This document shows positions 1 through 8,851 of a stretch of 64,000 bases of DNA, in pieces. The notes under the pieces were generated by a model. The model was not told the DNA's origin, made no database searches, and saw nothing but the letters and a program-made list of their open reading frames with translations. Location: assembly GCA_038213375.1 (NCBI GenBank), contig JBBQTB010000021.1:6567-70566 (forward strand), in the 5' to 3' direction. The position numbers and the translations under genes were made by a program. How positions within the stretch are numbered: position 1 is the first letter of the stretch; each line of letters opens with the position of its first letter. Source of the DNA: Bacteroidales bacterium. GTDB lineage: Bacteria; Bacteroidota; Bacteroidia; Bacteroidales; JAAUTT01.

Positions 1-1
1 G

Positions 2-256
2 GATAGCATAAGGTTTTCAGCAGATATTAAACCTATTTTTAGTGTTTGTAAAGATTGTCACCCTGCGCTACATCAACCTGACTTAAGTAATAACCCTTAT
101 AAGTCTCTAACGGACGGGGGTTACATAAATCTTGCACTTCCATCTCAGAGTAAATTTTATGTTCATGTTAGCAATGGTGGATCTCACAAACAAGTTAGTC
201 CAGTTGAAAAGCTGAAAATTCTTCAATGGATAACTCAAGGCGCGAAGAATAATTAA
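2..256 (+). CDS. C-terminal fragment of a c-type haem protein (5' end outside window)
   Basis: The frame is open from the window edge to TAA at 254-256. The translation (..IKPIFSVCKDCHPALHQPDLSNNPYKSLTDGG..) contains a CxxCH haem-c attachment motif (CKDCH). Confidence 0.5.
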   Translation, partial: DSIRFSADIKPIFSVCKDCHPALHQPDLSNNPYKSLTDGGYINLALPSQSKFYVHVSNGGSHKQVSPVEKLKILQWITQGAKNN

Positions 257-294
257 TAACCTAATCAATTAATAAAATATTAAAAAAATATAAT

Positions 295-1155
295 ATGACA
301 AAAATGCTTATAAACCGCAGCTTATTGATTTTAGCTTTTATTTCATGTTCGATTTGGAGTTTTGGTCAGGATAAGGAGGAAGATACTGGAAAACTCCCGG
401 TTAGATCAACTTTTTCAACAGGATTGCTGATTGATATTCCTACTATTATGAGCCCGGTTGCTAAATCGTTAGAGTTGAATATTCAACATCGCTTTGGGCC
501 CATCGATAAACAGAATAGTGTTAGTGATCTTTTTGGTATCTATGGTGATGCAAACACTCGTTTGGCTTTAACTTATGGAATTACCGACAGAATTGCAATT
601 GGCTTTGGAACCACCAGATACAACAAACTGCAGGACCTGAACTGGAAATTTGCATTATTGAGACAAAATCGATCGGGAAGTATACCATTGTCTATAAGTT
701 ATTATGGAAACGTGGTTGTGGATGCTCGTTCAAAGGAATTCTTCTATCCACAAGAGAATTACCGGGCTATTCATAGGTTTTCCTACCTCACCGAAGTTAT
801 TTTTGCCAGAAAATTTAACGATGTACTTTCTTTGCAAGTGGCACCTCAATTTGCTTATATAAACGCAGTTGATACACTTCATAAAAATTTAAATTATGGA
901 ATTTCGTTTGGCGGACGTGCGAAATTTTCTGATTCGAAATCGATTATTTTCGAATACGATCAACCTCTTACTGCCGGAACTACTGCAAAACCAAATCTTG
1001 GAATTGGTTTGGAAATCGGTACTGCCACTCATGCATTTCAGATTTTTGTATCTAATTACCAAGGTATTATTGGTCAGCAAAACCTTGTTTATAATACCAA
1101 CGACATTTCAAAGAAGGAATTTATTTTTGGTTTTAATATAACCGTAAGATTCTAA
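295..1155 (+). CDS. Putative outer-membrane beta-barrel protein of unknown function
   Basis: 286-aa ORF with a signal peptide (LLILAFISCSIWSFGQ), an alternating beta-strand-like pattern and a C-terminal aromatic residue (..NITVRF). From memory it resembles DUF5777-type barrels; this is unverified. Confidence 0.5.
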   Translation: MTKMLINRSLLILAFISCSIWSFGQDKEEDTGKLPVRSTFSTGLLIDIPTIMSPVAKSLELNIQHRFGPIDKQNSVSDLFGIYGDANTRLALTYGITDRIAIGFGTTRYNKLQDLNWKFALLRQNRSGSIPLSISYYGNVVVDARSKEFFYPQENYRAIHRFSYLTEVIFARKFNDVLSLQVAPQFAYINAVDTLHKNLNYGISFGGRAKFSDSKSIIFEYDQPLTAGTTAKPNLGIGLEIGTATHAFQIFVSNYQGIIGQQNLVYNTNDISKKEFIFGFNITVRF

Positions 1156-1162
1156 TTTTTTT

Positions 1163-1198
1163 ATGCGGGCAATTACAAAATTGTCCGCATTTTTTTTA
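1163..1198 (+). terminator. Rho-independent terminator after the barrel gene
   Basis: A 12-bp stem (atgcgggcaatt / aattgtccgcat, one G-U pair) with loop acaa, followed by a T8 run. Confidence 0.65.
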
Positions 1199-1325
1199 AT
1201 CTACCACCTTCACATTTTGTTTTTTTTAGTTACCCTAAATTACCCAACAAATAATTTATCAACATTATTAAAGTAAGTTGAATTGCAGAATTGTGACCTG
1301 ATTGTTGATCTTAACAAAGTGATAT

Positions 1326-2300
1326 ATGAACAATGACGAATCAAAAAAGTCATCGAGAAGACGTTTTTTAAAAGATGGATTGCTATTCGGTACTGGTGCT
1401 TTAACGGTATCGCCTATTCTACACTCATGCGCCGAGGAACACACCATGCCACAGGATAAGGTTAAGGTACTAACGCCTGATGGGAAGGTACTTGAGGTAG
1501 ATAGGGCTAATTTGAAAGAAGTGAAAGGTTCTCAGTTAGCTACCACAAAAGAAGCTTTGGAAGGTTTGCCCGGCCGAAAATTTGTTATGGTAATCGATTT
1601 GGCAAAATGCAAAAATGCCAGAAAATGTACCGAAGCTTGTCAGGAAGGCCATGATCTGGCTAAAGAACAGGAGTGGATGAGAATTTATCTTCTTCAGGAT
1701 AGCCCTCAAACTGCACCATATTGGTTTCCTCGTCCATGTTTTCATTGCGATAATCCTATGTGTGTAAGTGTATGTCCGGTGGGCGCTACATATAAGCGCA
1801 CTGATGGGATTGTTTTAGTTGATACCGACAGGTGCATAGGTTGCAAATTTTGTATGACAGGTTGCCCTTATTCTGCAAGGGTATTCAATTGGAAAGAACC
1901 AACAAATCAAAAATTAGAAGAAAAAGACTATTCACCGGAATTAAACGTTCCGGCCAAAGAAGGAACGGTTGGTAAGTGTATTTTCTGTGCCGATAAATTA
2001 CGAAACAATGAATTACCCCGATGCGTCACAGCCTGTCCTATGGGGGTTATCTATTTTGGGAACATTCTGGATGACACTATTACTAATGGCGACGAAACAG
2101 TAAGATTCAGTGAAATAATGAAGGAACGAAGCGGCTATCGTTATCTTGAGACTTTGGGAACGGTTCCCAGTGTATTTTACCTGCCTCCTACCAACAGGTT
2201 GTTTCCAGTTGAGCGTGGGCTTGAAAGCCTTGATGAAGATACCAAATCACGTTACAAAGATGTGGATTATGTAAAAAGTTTAAATGACGGTAAGAAATAA
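1326..2300 (+). CDS. Tat-exported 4Fe-4S multi-cluster ferredoxin, NrfC/DmsB/PsrB family
   Basis: Twin-arginine signal SRRRFLKDG. Cys clusters CFHCDNPMCVSVCP, CIGCKFCMTGCP and CIFC..CVTACP, plus a degenerate first cluster (CKNARKCTEAC). Confidence 0.85.
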   Translation: MNNDESKKSSRRRFLKDGLLFGTGALTVSPILHSCAEEHTMPQDKVKVLTPDGKVLEVDRANLKEVKGSQLATTKEALEGLPGRKFVMVIDLAKCKNARKCTEACQEGHDLAKEQEWMRIYLLQDSPQTAPYWFPRPCFHCDNPMCVSVCPVGATYKRTDGIVLVDTDRCIGCKFCMTGCPYSARVFNWKEPTNQKLEEKDYSPELNVPAKEGTVGKCIFCADKLRNNELPRCVTACPMGVIYFGNILDDTITNGDETVRFSEIMKERSGYRYLETLGTVPSVFYLPPTNRLFPVERGLESLDEDTKSRYKDVDYVKSLNDGKK

Positions 2301-2347
2301 ATCTTTAGGTCGTTAAATAAATCTTTCAGCAAAAGAAAATTACTAAT

Positions 2348-3667
2348 ATGGAGACATTCGATTCAAAATCATTACTTAAAGATTTTACACCTGAAATTGA
2401 AAAAACCAGTCTGGCCTGGTGGATAACATTGTTGATATTTATAGCGATTTTTCTGCTTGGAATTTACGGATTAGATCGTCAAATATCAAAAGGACATATT
2501 GTTACAGGTATGCGTGACTATGTTGTTTGGGGAATCTACATTGTCAATTTTATTTTCTTCATGGGGCTTAGTTACGCGGGAGCACTCATTTCCGGAGTAT
2601 TGCATCTTTTTAAATCGGAATGGCGAAAACCTGTTATCCGAATTGCTGAATTGATCACTGTGATCTCTCTTCTGATAGGGCCTTTTTACATTTTCTTTTG
2701 TGTTGGAAGGTTGGATCGCTTATATTTTCTGGCCCTTTATCCCCGTATTCAATCGCCGATTACATGGGACGTAATAGCCATTACCACCGATTTGTTTGGA
2801 TGTATCCTTTTCTTATATCTTTCAATATTACAAGATATTGCTTTGTTGAGAGACAGTACTGAATTACAAGTGCCGAAATGGAAGAAAAAGCTATACACAT
2901 TTCTTGCTATGGGTTATCGCAATACCCCTGCTCAGAAAAAACATCTCGAACAAGCCAGGAATATTATGGCTGCCATGATTATTGCGATCGCTATTATTGT
3001 TTACTCGGTGTTAGCCTGGATATTTGGTGTGACATTGCAACCCGGCTGGCATAGCACCATATTTGGACCTTATTTCGTAATAGCAGCTGTTTATTCGGGT
3101 ACAGGACTGATGATTGTGATCATGTGGCTTTTCAGAAAAATATATCACCTCGAAAAATACATCACACTGAAGCATTTCAGTTATATTGGATATCTTCTGC
3201 TTATTATAGGTGCATTTTATGGCTATTTTACTTTTGCCGATTATTTGACAAAATGGTATGGATCGCAAAAAATGGATGCCAGGTTAATCGACAAACTCTT
3301 TTCGGGCTTTTTCTGGTTGTTTATTTTTGCAAACTACGCAGGAATTTTAATTCCGATTATCATCATAGGGATTCGTAAATTCCGAACCATTAACAGTATA
3401 TTTTTTGCCGGTATTATCACATTGTCAGCACTATGGGTAAATAGATTTTTAATTGTAGTACCCACCCTGGAAACTCCCTATTTACCTATTCAGGATTACC
3501 GACCCTCATGGATTCATTATTCATCCACCTGGGTAGAATGGTCTCTTTCAGCTGCTGGTATTGCTGTTTTCGCCATATTATTAATGCTGTTTTCCAAACT
3601 ATTACCGATAATTTCTATATCGGAGATGACCGAACCAGACGTCAACACCGATGAAAATAATTATTAA
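2348..3667 (+). CDS. NrfD/PsrC-like polytopic quinol-interacting membrane subunit
   Basis: 439 aa with many hydrophobic helices, lying immediately downstream of the NrfC-like gene. Size and architecture are typical of the NrfD (polysulfide reductase membrane subunit) family. Confidence 0.8.
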   Translation: METFDSKSLLKDFTPEIEKTSLAWWITLLIFIAIFLLGIYGLDRQISKGHIVTGMRDYVVWGIYIVNFIFFMGLSYAGALISGVLHLFKSEWRKPVIRIAELITVISLLIGPFYIFFCVGRLDRLYFLALYPRIQSPITWDVIAITTDLFGCILFLYLSILQDIALLRDSTELQVPKWKKKLYTFLAMGYRNTPAQKKHLEQARNIMAAMIIAIAIIVYSVLAWIFGVTLQPGWHSTIFGPYFVIAAVYSGTGLMIVIMWLFRKIYHLEKYITLKHFSYIGYLLLIIGAFYGYFTFADYLTKWYGSQKMDARLIDKLFSGFFWLFIFANYAGILIPIIIIGIRKFRTINSIFFAGIITLSALWVNRFLIVVPTLETPYLPIQDYRPSWIHYSSTWVEWSLSAAGIAVFAILLMLFSKLLPIISISEMTEPDVNTDENNY

Positions 3668-4565
3668 CTTATTTGAACTATTTAAAATGTCTGTTAAAAT
3701 GCAACCATATAAATATCGAAAATTGAGTATATTAGCCTGTTTAATAGCTATTTCCATATTTACTACAAATGCTGTTGCCCAGAAAATAAAACCCGAAACC
3801 GAGTTTAAATATATTAAAAACTCTGATCATAGCCGAACGTTAACTTATTCGGTAAAGTATGTAAAGGCTGATGCCAGAAAAAGCACTTTTGCACCGGACA
3901 TTTTAATTACGTTTTCAACCGGCACAGCGAAAGAAAAATTGGCATCTGTAAAAACAAATGGATATGGTGTAGCCCAATGTATTATACCAATTAGTCAGAA
4001 ATTGCCATTGAAAAATAATACATGTTCATTTTCTGCTTCAATAGATGAGAATCCACTTGTTGAATCGAAAAGCGATTCCTTGTCGCTTACTGATTTAGGC
4101 ATAGATATGAACCTGAATGTGAAAGATTCGGTAAAAACTATCACATATCAGGTCTTTGAAATTGGTTCAAATGGAGAGAAAACTCCAGTGAAAACCGACT
4201 TGGTTTTTTATGTTCCACGAACGTTTAGCAAATTAAAAGTTGCAGAGGGCTCATCAGGGGAAGATGGAAAAGGAGAAGTGGAGTTTCCAAATGGCATTCC
4301 CGGAGATTCAATTGGTAACCTTACTGTTTTGGGACGCGTTGAAGAAAATGAGAAGTATGCTAATGTAGAGGTCTCACAAACAATCGCCTGGGGTGTTCCT
4401 ACTAATTATCATATCTCAAAATTTCATCGTGCATTATGGACCACCATTGCACCAACTTGGATGATTGTAACCTTAACAGTTTTATTGCTTGGCGTTTGGG
4501 GGCATTATATGTATGTGGTATATAAATTGTATAGAATAAATAAGGAAAGTAAAAAAACATCCTAA
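3651..4565 (+). CDS. Hypothetical periplasmic protein with a C-terminal membrane anchor
   Basis: The ORF overlaps or abuts the nrfD-like stop. The signal peptide is best from the ATG at 3687 or 3699 (MQPYKYRKLSILACLIAISIFTTNAVAQ). There is a single C-terminal TM (WMIVTLTVLLLGVWGHYMYVV). I recognise no family. Confidence 0.5.
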   Translation: MKIIINLFELFKMSVKMQPYKYRKLSILACLIAISIFTTNAVAQKIKPETEFKYIKNSDHSRTLTYSVKYVKADARKSTFAPDILITFSTGTAKEKLASVKTNGYGVAQCIIPISQKLPLKNNTCSFSASIDENPLVESKSDSLSLTDLGIDMNLNVKDSVKTITYQVFEIGSNGEKTPVKTDLVFYVPRTFSKLKVAEGSSGEDGKGEVEFPNGIPGDSIGNLTVLGRVEENEKYANVEVSQTIAWGVPTNYHISKFHRALWTTIAPTWMIVTLTVLLLGVWGHYMYVVYKLYRINKESKKTS

Positions 4566-4607
4566 TTTTTATATATAAATTTCATAATTTTAATCAATTA
4601 AATTAAA

Positions 4608-5036
4608 ATGGAGGTTTCTATGAAAACAATTAAATCAATTTTCACAGTTTTATCGATTGCGATAATAGCAATTGCAGTTATGTCGATGGTATCAGCTCAA
4701 CCCAAAAAAGGAAAACCTTGGGAAATACCAGCTAAATATAAAGACATGAAGAGCGCTGTTAAAACTTCGGATGCAAGTGTAAAAGCTGGTGAGGCTTTGT
4801 ATAAAAAAAATTGTGCATCATGTCATGGAAAAATGGGGTTAGGCGACGGAACCAAAGCAAAAACATTGGAAACTTTTCCGGGAGATTTCTCGAGTGCTGC
4901 CTTCCACGGTCAAACCGATGGAACAATGTTTTATCAAACCAAATTTGGCAGAAACGAAATGCCCAAATACGATAAAAAAATTGAGGATGCCGACATTTGG
5001 AATTTGGTAAATTACCTTCGGACGTTAAAAAAATAG
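4608..5036 (+). CDS. Class I mono-haem c-type cytochrome
   Basis: 142 aa with a signal/anchor helix, CASCHG (CxxCH), a distal Met candidate in GRNEMPKY, and the typical ..IWNLVNYLRTL C-terminal helix. Confidence 0.85.
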   Translation: MEVSMKTIKSIFTVLSIAIIAIAVMSMVSAQPKKGKPWEIPAKYKDMKSAVKTSDASVKAGEALYKKNCASCHGKMGLGDGTKAKTLETFPGDFSSAAFHGQTDGTMFYQTKFGRNEMPKYDKKIEDADIWNLVNYLRTLKK

Positions 5037-5056
5037 TGTAGAAAAATAATATATAA

Positions 5057-5090
5057 AAACCTGATTCATAACGAGTCGGGTTTTTTTGTT
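5057..5090 (+). terminator. Rho-independent terminator closing the nrfCD-cytochrome c operon
   Basis: A 10-bp stem (aacctgattc / gagtcgggtt, with two G-U pairs), loop ataac, then a T7 run. Confidence 0.6.
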
Positions 5091-5223
5091 TTATAAATGT
5101 TCATGAAAATAAAAGACTTCTTACTCTTAAATGCGTTTTTTATATAATTTTGTAATCTGAATTTCGTTCTATTTTGGTAATTTGTATATAAATATTTAAC
5201 GTATTAAATTAAATAGTAAGTCT

Positions 5224-6468
5224 ATGAAAAATTTTATGTTTTTTGCTTTCCTACTACCCTTGATATTTTTTGGATGTAAAAAAGAAAATGATGTTCCAAT
5301 TACTGAGATTAAATTACAAAAAACTTCAATATATATAAAGGTTGGTGGTCAGGATTCATTAGCAGTTTTTATTACTCCAAGCAATGCCACTAATAAAACA
5401 TTAACTGTTACTTTAAGGAATCCCAATGTAGCTACATTCCTAAATGGAAAAATAACAGGCTTAGCGATTGGTCAAACCTATATAATTTTTAATACGTCTG
5501 ATGGACTTTTAAAAGATAGTTGTCAAATATTTGTAAGTGGATTACCAAATAGTGAGACAATCATAGTTGGTCCTACCTATGCTAATGACGTTTATTATAG
5601 TATGGCAACCGGTGTTGTAGCAACTGTTCCGCGCATCAACTGGGATATCGCCTTTAATACAGGCTTACGTTCCTCAACCATCATTATCAATGCCGGTGCT
5701 AAAATTAATCTTTATACCTATAAAGGTGGCGACACAACAGCTTGGAATTCGGTAAACATTGCAGGTATTGCCAACTGGACCAAAATGTACAATTCTGATA
5801 CAACATGGACTTTTGGTGCTTTCGAAAGAAACGCGTTGGGTCATCCCGATTATGGATGGGGTATATACAATTCCATAAACCATGATGTTATTGGCGATTC
5901 GTTATTCATTATCCAGCTTCAGGATGGTACTTATAAAAAACTATGGATTAAGAAAAAAGCATCAACTTTAAATAAGTACATTTTCCAAATCGCTAATGCT
6001 GACAATACCGGATCTGTTACCCTCGATACAGTTGATTGCTCGAAATACACTGCAAAAAATTTCATCTATTATTCCTTTGCTGCAAAGAATGTGGTTGATC
6101 GTGAACCAGCAAAAGATGCCTGGGATTTTGTGTATACCAAATACTATGAAATGATTCCTGATCTAAAAGGGGTAAAGATTCCTTATCCGGTAACCGGCGT
6201 TCTAACAAATACCGGAGTAAAATCAGCACAGTTGGATAATGTTGAAGTAACTAGCAACGATTATTCCACGGCCAAATTTGTCACAGCAATTTCAGAAATA
6301 GGCTCGGATTGGAAATCATTTGATCAGGCTAATAGCAAATGGAGCCTTGTTGATAAACGGATCTATTTTGTACAAACAAAAGATAACAGCATTTATAAAA
6401 TTGTATTTACCGGTTTTGAAGGTTCAGCCACCGGGGTTGTGAAATTTGATAAAACAAAAATTAAATAG
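5224..6468 (+). CDS. Lipoprotein with an N-terminal Ig-like (Big_2-type) domain and an HmuY-like domain
   Basis: Lipobox LIFFGC. The N-terminal segment ITEIKLQKTSIYIKVGGQDSLAV..TYIIFNTSDG is Big_2-like. The NWDIAFN motif and overall layout resemble HmuY-family proteins. The gene is adjacent to a TonB-dependent receptor. Confidence 0.55.
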   Translation: MKNFMFFAFLLPLIFFGCKKENDVPITEIKLQKTSIYIKVGGQDSLAVFITPSNATNKTLTVTLRNPNVATFLNGKITGLAIGQTYIIFNTSDGLLKDSCQIFVSGLPNSETIIVGPTYANDVYYSMATGVVATVPRINWDIAFNTGLRSSTIIINAGAKINLYTYKGGDTTAWNSVNIAGIANWTKMYNSDTTWTFGAFERNALGHPDYGWGIYNSINHDVIGDSLFIIQLQDGTYKKLWIKKKASTLNKYIFQIANADNTGSVTLDTVDCSKYTAKNFIYYSFAAKNVVDREPAKDAWDFVYTKYYEMIPDLKGVKIPYPVTGVLTNTGVKSAQLDNVEVTSNDYSTAKFVTAISEIGSDWKSFDQANSKWSLVDKRIYFVQTKDNSIYKIVFTGFEGSATGVVKFDKTKIK

Positions 6469-6487
6469 GTTTTAATACAATAAAAAT

Positions 6488-6561
6488 GAACACAAAGGCA
6501 CGAAGTCTCACAGAAAAAATTCAAATTTTGGATACCTTGTGTCTTCGTGTCTTCGTGTTTC
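6488..6561. repeat. Imperfect inverted repeat built from CACGAAG/CTTCGTG units
   Basis: Left arm gaacacaaaggcacgaag; right arm cttcgtgtcttcgtgtttc (about 20 pairable positions, about 37-nt loop). It belongs to the dispersed CACGAA family seen at four other loci. Confidence 0.6.
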
Positions 6562-6589
6562 ATTAATTTAAAGTCTGGCTTGCCAGACA

Positions 6590-8845
6590 ATGATGTTTGT
6601 TTCTACTTTTATGAGAATCTATTTTTCATGTTTGTTTTTACTTATTGTTTGGCATGTATCCGGGCAAGAATCGGTAATTAAAATTCTCGATAAACAAAGC
6701 TTAAAGCCAGTTCCTTACGCTGTTGTTTGTTTTGAATCTATCGATAAAAAAGTAAGAAGAAATGCAACCACAAGCGTGGATGGATTGTTGAAAAATCAAA
6801 TCCTTACAAAATCAACCATGGCCATATCCAGTTTGGGCTATGTGAGTAAAATCGATACTATATTACCAAACCGTCCCTTTATCATATTTCTTCAACCTAC
6901 ATCGTATGAAGTTAACGAGGTGGTTGTTACCGGTCAATTCAAAGCTGTTAGAGTTGATAAATCAATCTATAAAATTAGTATAATAAACAGCCGGCAAATT
7001 GAAGATAAGGCCGCAAATAACCTTGGTGAATTGCTTTCAAGTGAGCTAACCATGCGTACTTCGCAAAATGGGGCGCTTGGAACGGATTTGAGCATTCAGG
7101 GGCTTTCCGGTGAATATGTAAAGTTTTTAATTGATGGTGTTCCTGTGATTGGCCGGCAAAACGGTATTCTCGATCTTAGCCAAATGAATTTATCCTCGGT
7201 TGATCATATCGAAATTGTAGAAGGTCCCATGTCGGTTGTTTACGGAAGTAATGCACTTGCAGGAGCCGTAAATGTTATTTCAAAAGAACCAACCCATGGA
7301 AATGTTTGGGGCAAAGCATCTGGATATTTTGAGTCGGTAGGAGTGTATAACTTCAACAGTAATTTTGGCAAACGGATTGACCGTCATTTGTTTACTATAA
7401 ATGTTGGAAGAAATTTTTTCGGCGGGTATACACCAACTGATACTTCGCGTATCAAACTATGGAAACCAAAATTACAGTATAATGCTGGTTTTGACTATTA
7501 TTACTCTGATACTAAAAACAAGCTCCGTTTTGCCTCTGCATACTTTTTCGAAGAACTTCGAAACAAAGGAAATGCTATCACTGACATTGAAATTAATAAC
7601 GAAATTCATCCTATCGCCATAGATGAATATCATTATACGTCTCGCTGGAACAATTCATTGAATTATCAACGAAAATTTCATAACGATAACGAGTTACAAA
7701 CAATTTTATCGTTTTCTACCTATAATAAAACAAAAAAAACGATCTCCAAGGATCTTGTAAATCTTGATGAACTTCAGGCGGCTTCTTCCCTGCAAGATAC
7801 CACCCTGTTTTATAATTATGTCTGGAGAACAGTTTATTCACACAATGCCCAATCGTGGCTTAACTACCAGACCGGATACGAAGCAAACATCGAAACCGCT
7901 ACAGGTAAAAGACTTACTGGTCAAAAAAGAATAGACGATTATGCCGCTTTTTTTATGGCCAAATTATTTAGCGACCGGAAATTAACCGGTCAGTTGGGTT
8001 TACGTGCTATTTACAACTCCAAATATAAAGCCCCTGTCATCTATTCATTCAATCTCAAATACACGCCTGTTGAGCAACAAACATTAAGGGTTTCGTATGG
8101 TAAAGGATTTCGGTCTCCTTCATTAAAAGAGCTTTACCTTGTTTTTAACGACATAAACCACAATGTTCAGGGCAACGATTCCCTTCAGGCCGAAACATCT
8201 AACAACTACAATCTATCGAGTGTTACAAAAATTACCATTGGTAAACAAATCATAACATTTGATGCTTCGGCATTTTACAATATCATTCATAATAAAATTG
8301 ATTTTGAGTATAGAACAGACGACCCTACATGGGCTAAATATTTTAATATCCTATGGGGTAACTATATTACACGAGGCCTGGATATGAAAGTTCAGTATCA
8401 ATTTCACCCACGGTTTAGCTTTGTAACTGGTGTAAATTTTCTGGAACGGTCACGTATCCCCGATGTAAAAAAATTCTATCACAGCACAGATTACTCCGCC
8501 AATTTCAATTATAAAAACCTTCGATATCTGTTCAAATTATCCGCTTATTATAAATATACAGATGATTTTTATGCATCACAGGCTGATTTCAATGCTGATA
8601 ATACACTAAGTAGTGTTAGTGAGAGATTTATGAAAGGGTATCATAATCTGGACATTACTTTAAGCCGTCCATTCTTCAATAATTCTGTGGAAATTGGAAT
8701 AGGAGGAAAAAATCTGTTTGATAATAAAAATGTGTTGTCACATGGAAGTGGAGGCGGAGCCCATAATGGTGCAGGCAGTGATACTCCGGTAGGTTGGGGA
8801 AGAACATTTTTAGTCCGCGTAAGCTATAACTTCCTTAAAATATAA
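6590..8845 (+). CDS. TonB-dependent outer-membrane receptor
   Basis: 751 aa with a signal peptide, an N-terminal carboxypeptidase-regulatory-like segment, plug-domain motifs (IEIVEGPMSVVYGSNALAGAVNVISK) and a long beta-barrel region. Confidence 0.85.
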   Translation: MMFVSTFMRIYFSCLFLLIVWHVSGQESVIKILDKQSLKPVPYAVVCFESIDKKVRRNATTSVDGLLKNQILTKSTMAISSLGYVSKIDTILPNRPFIIFLQPTSYEVNEVVVTGQFKAVRVDKSIYKISIINSRQIEDKAANNLGELLSSELTMRTSQNGALGTDLSIQGLSGEYVKFLIDGVPVIGRQNGILDLSQMNLSSVDHIEIVEGPMSVVYGSNALAGAVNVISKEPTHGNVWGKASGYFESVGVYNFNSNFGKRIDRHLFTINVGRNFFGGYTPTDTSRIKLWKPKLQYNAGFDYYYSDTKNKLRFASAYFFEELRNKGNAITDIEINNEIHPIAIDEYHYTSRWNNSLNYQRKFHNDNELQTILSFSTYNKTKKTISKDLVNLDELQAASSLQDTTLFYNYVWRTVYSHNAQSWLNYQTGYEANIETATGKRLTGQKRIDDYAAFFMAKLFSDRKLTGQLGLRAIYNSKYKAPVIYSFNLKYTPVEQQTLRVSYGKGFRSPSLKELYLVFNDINHNVQGNDSLQAETSNNYNLSSVTKITIGKQIITFDASAFYNIIHNKIDFEYRTDDPTWAKYFNILWGNYITRGLDMKVQYQFHPRFSFVTGVNFLERSRIPDVKKFYHSTDYSANFNYKNLRYLFKLSAYYKYTDDFYASQADFNADNTLSSVSERFMKGYHNLDITLSRPFFNNSVEIGIGGKNLFDNKNVLSHGSGGGAHNGAGSDTPVGWGRTFLVRVSYNFLKI

Positions 8846-8851
8846 ATTTAC

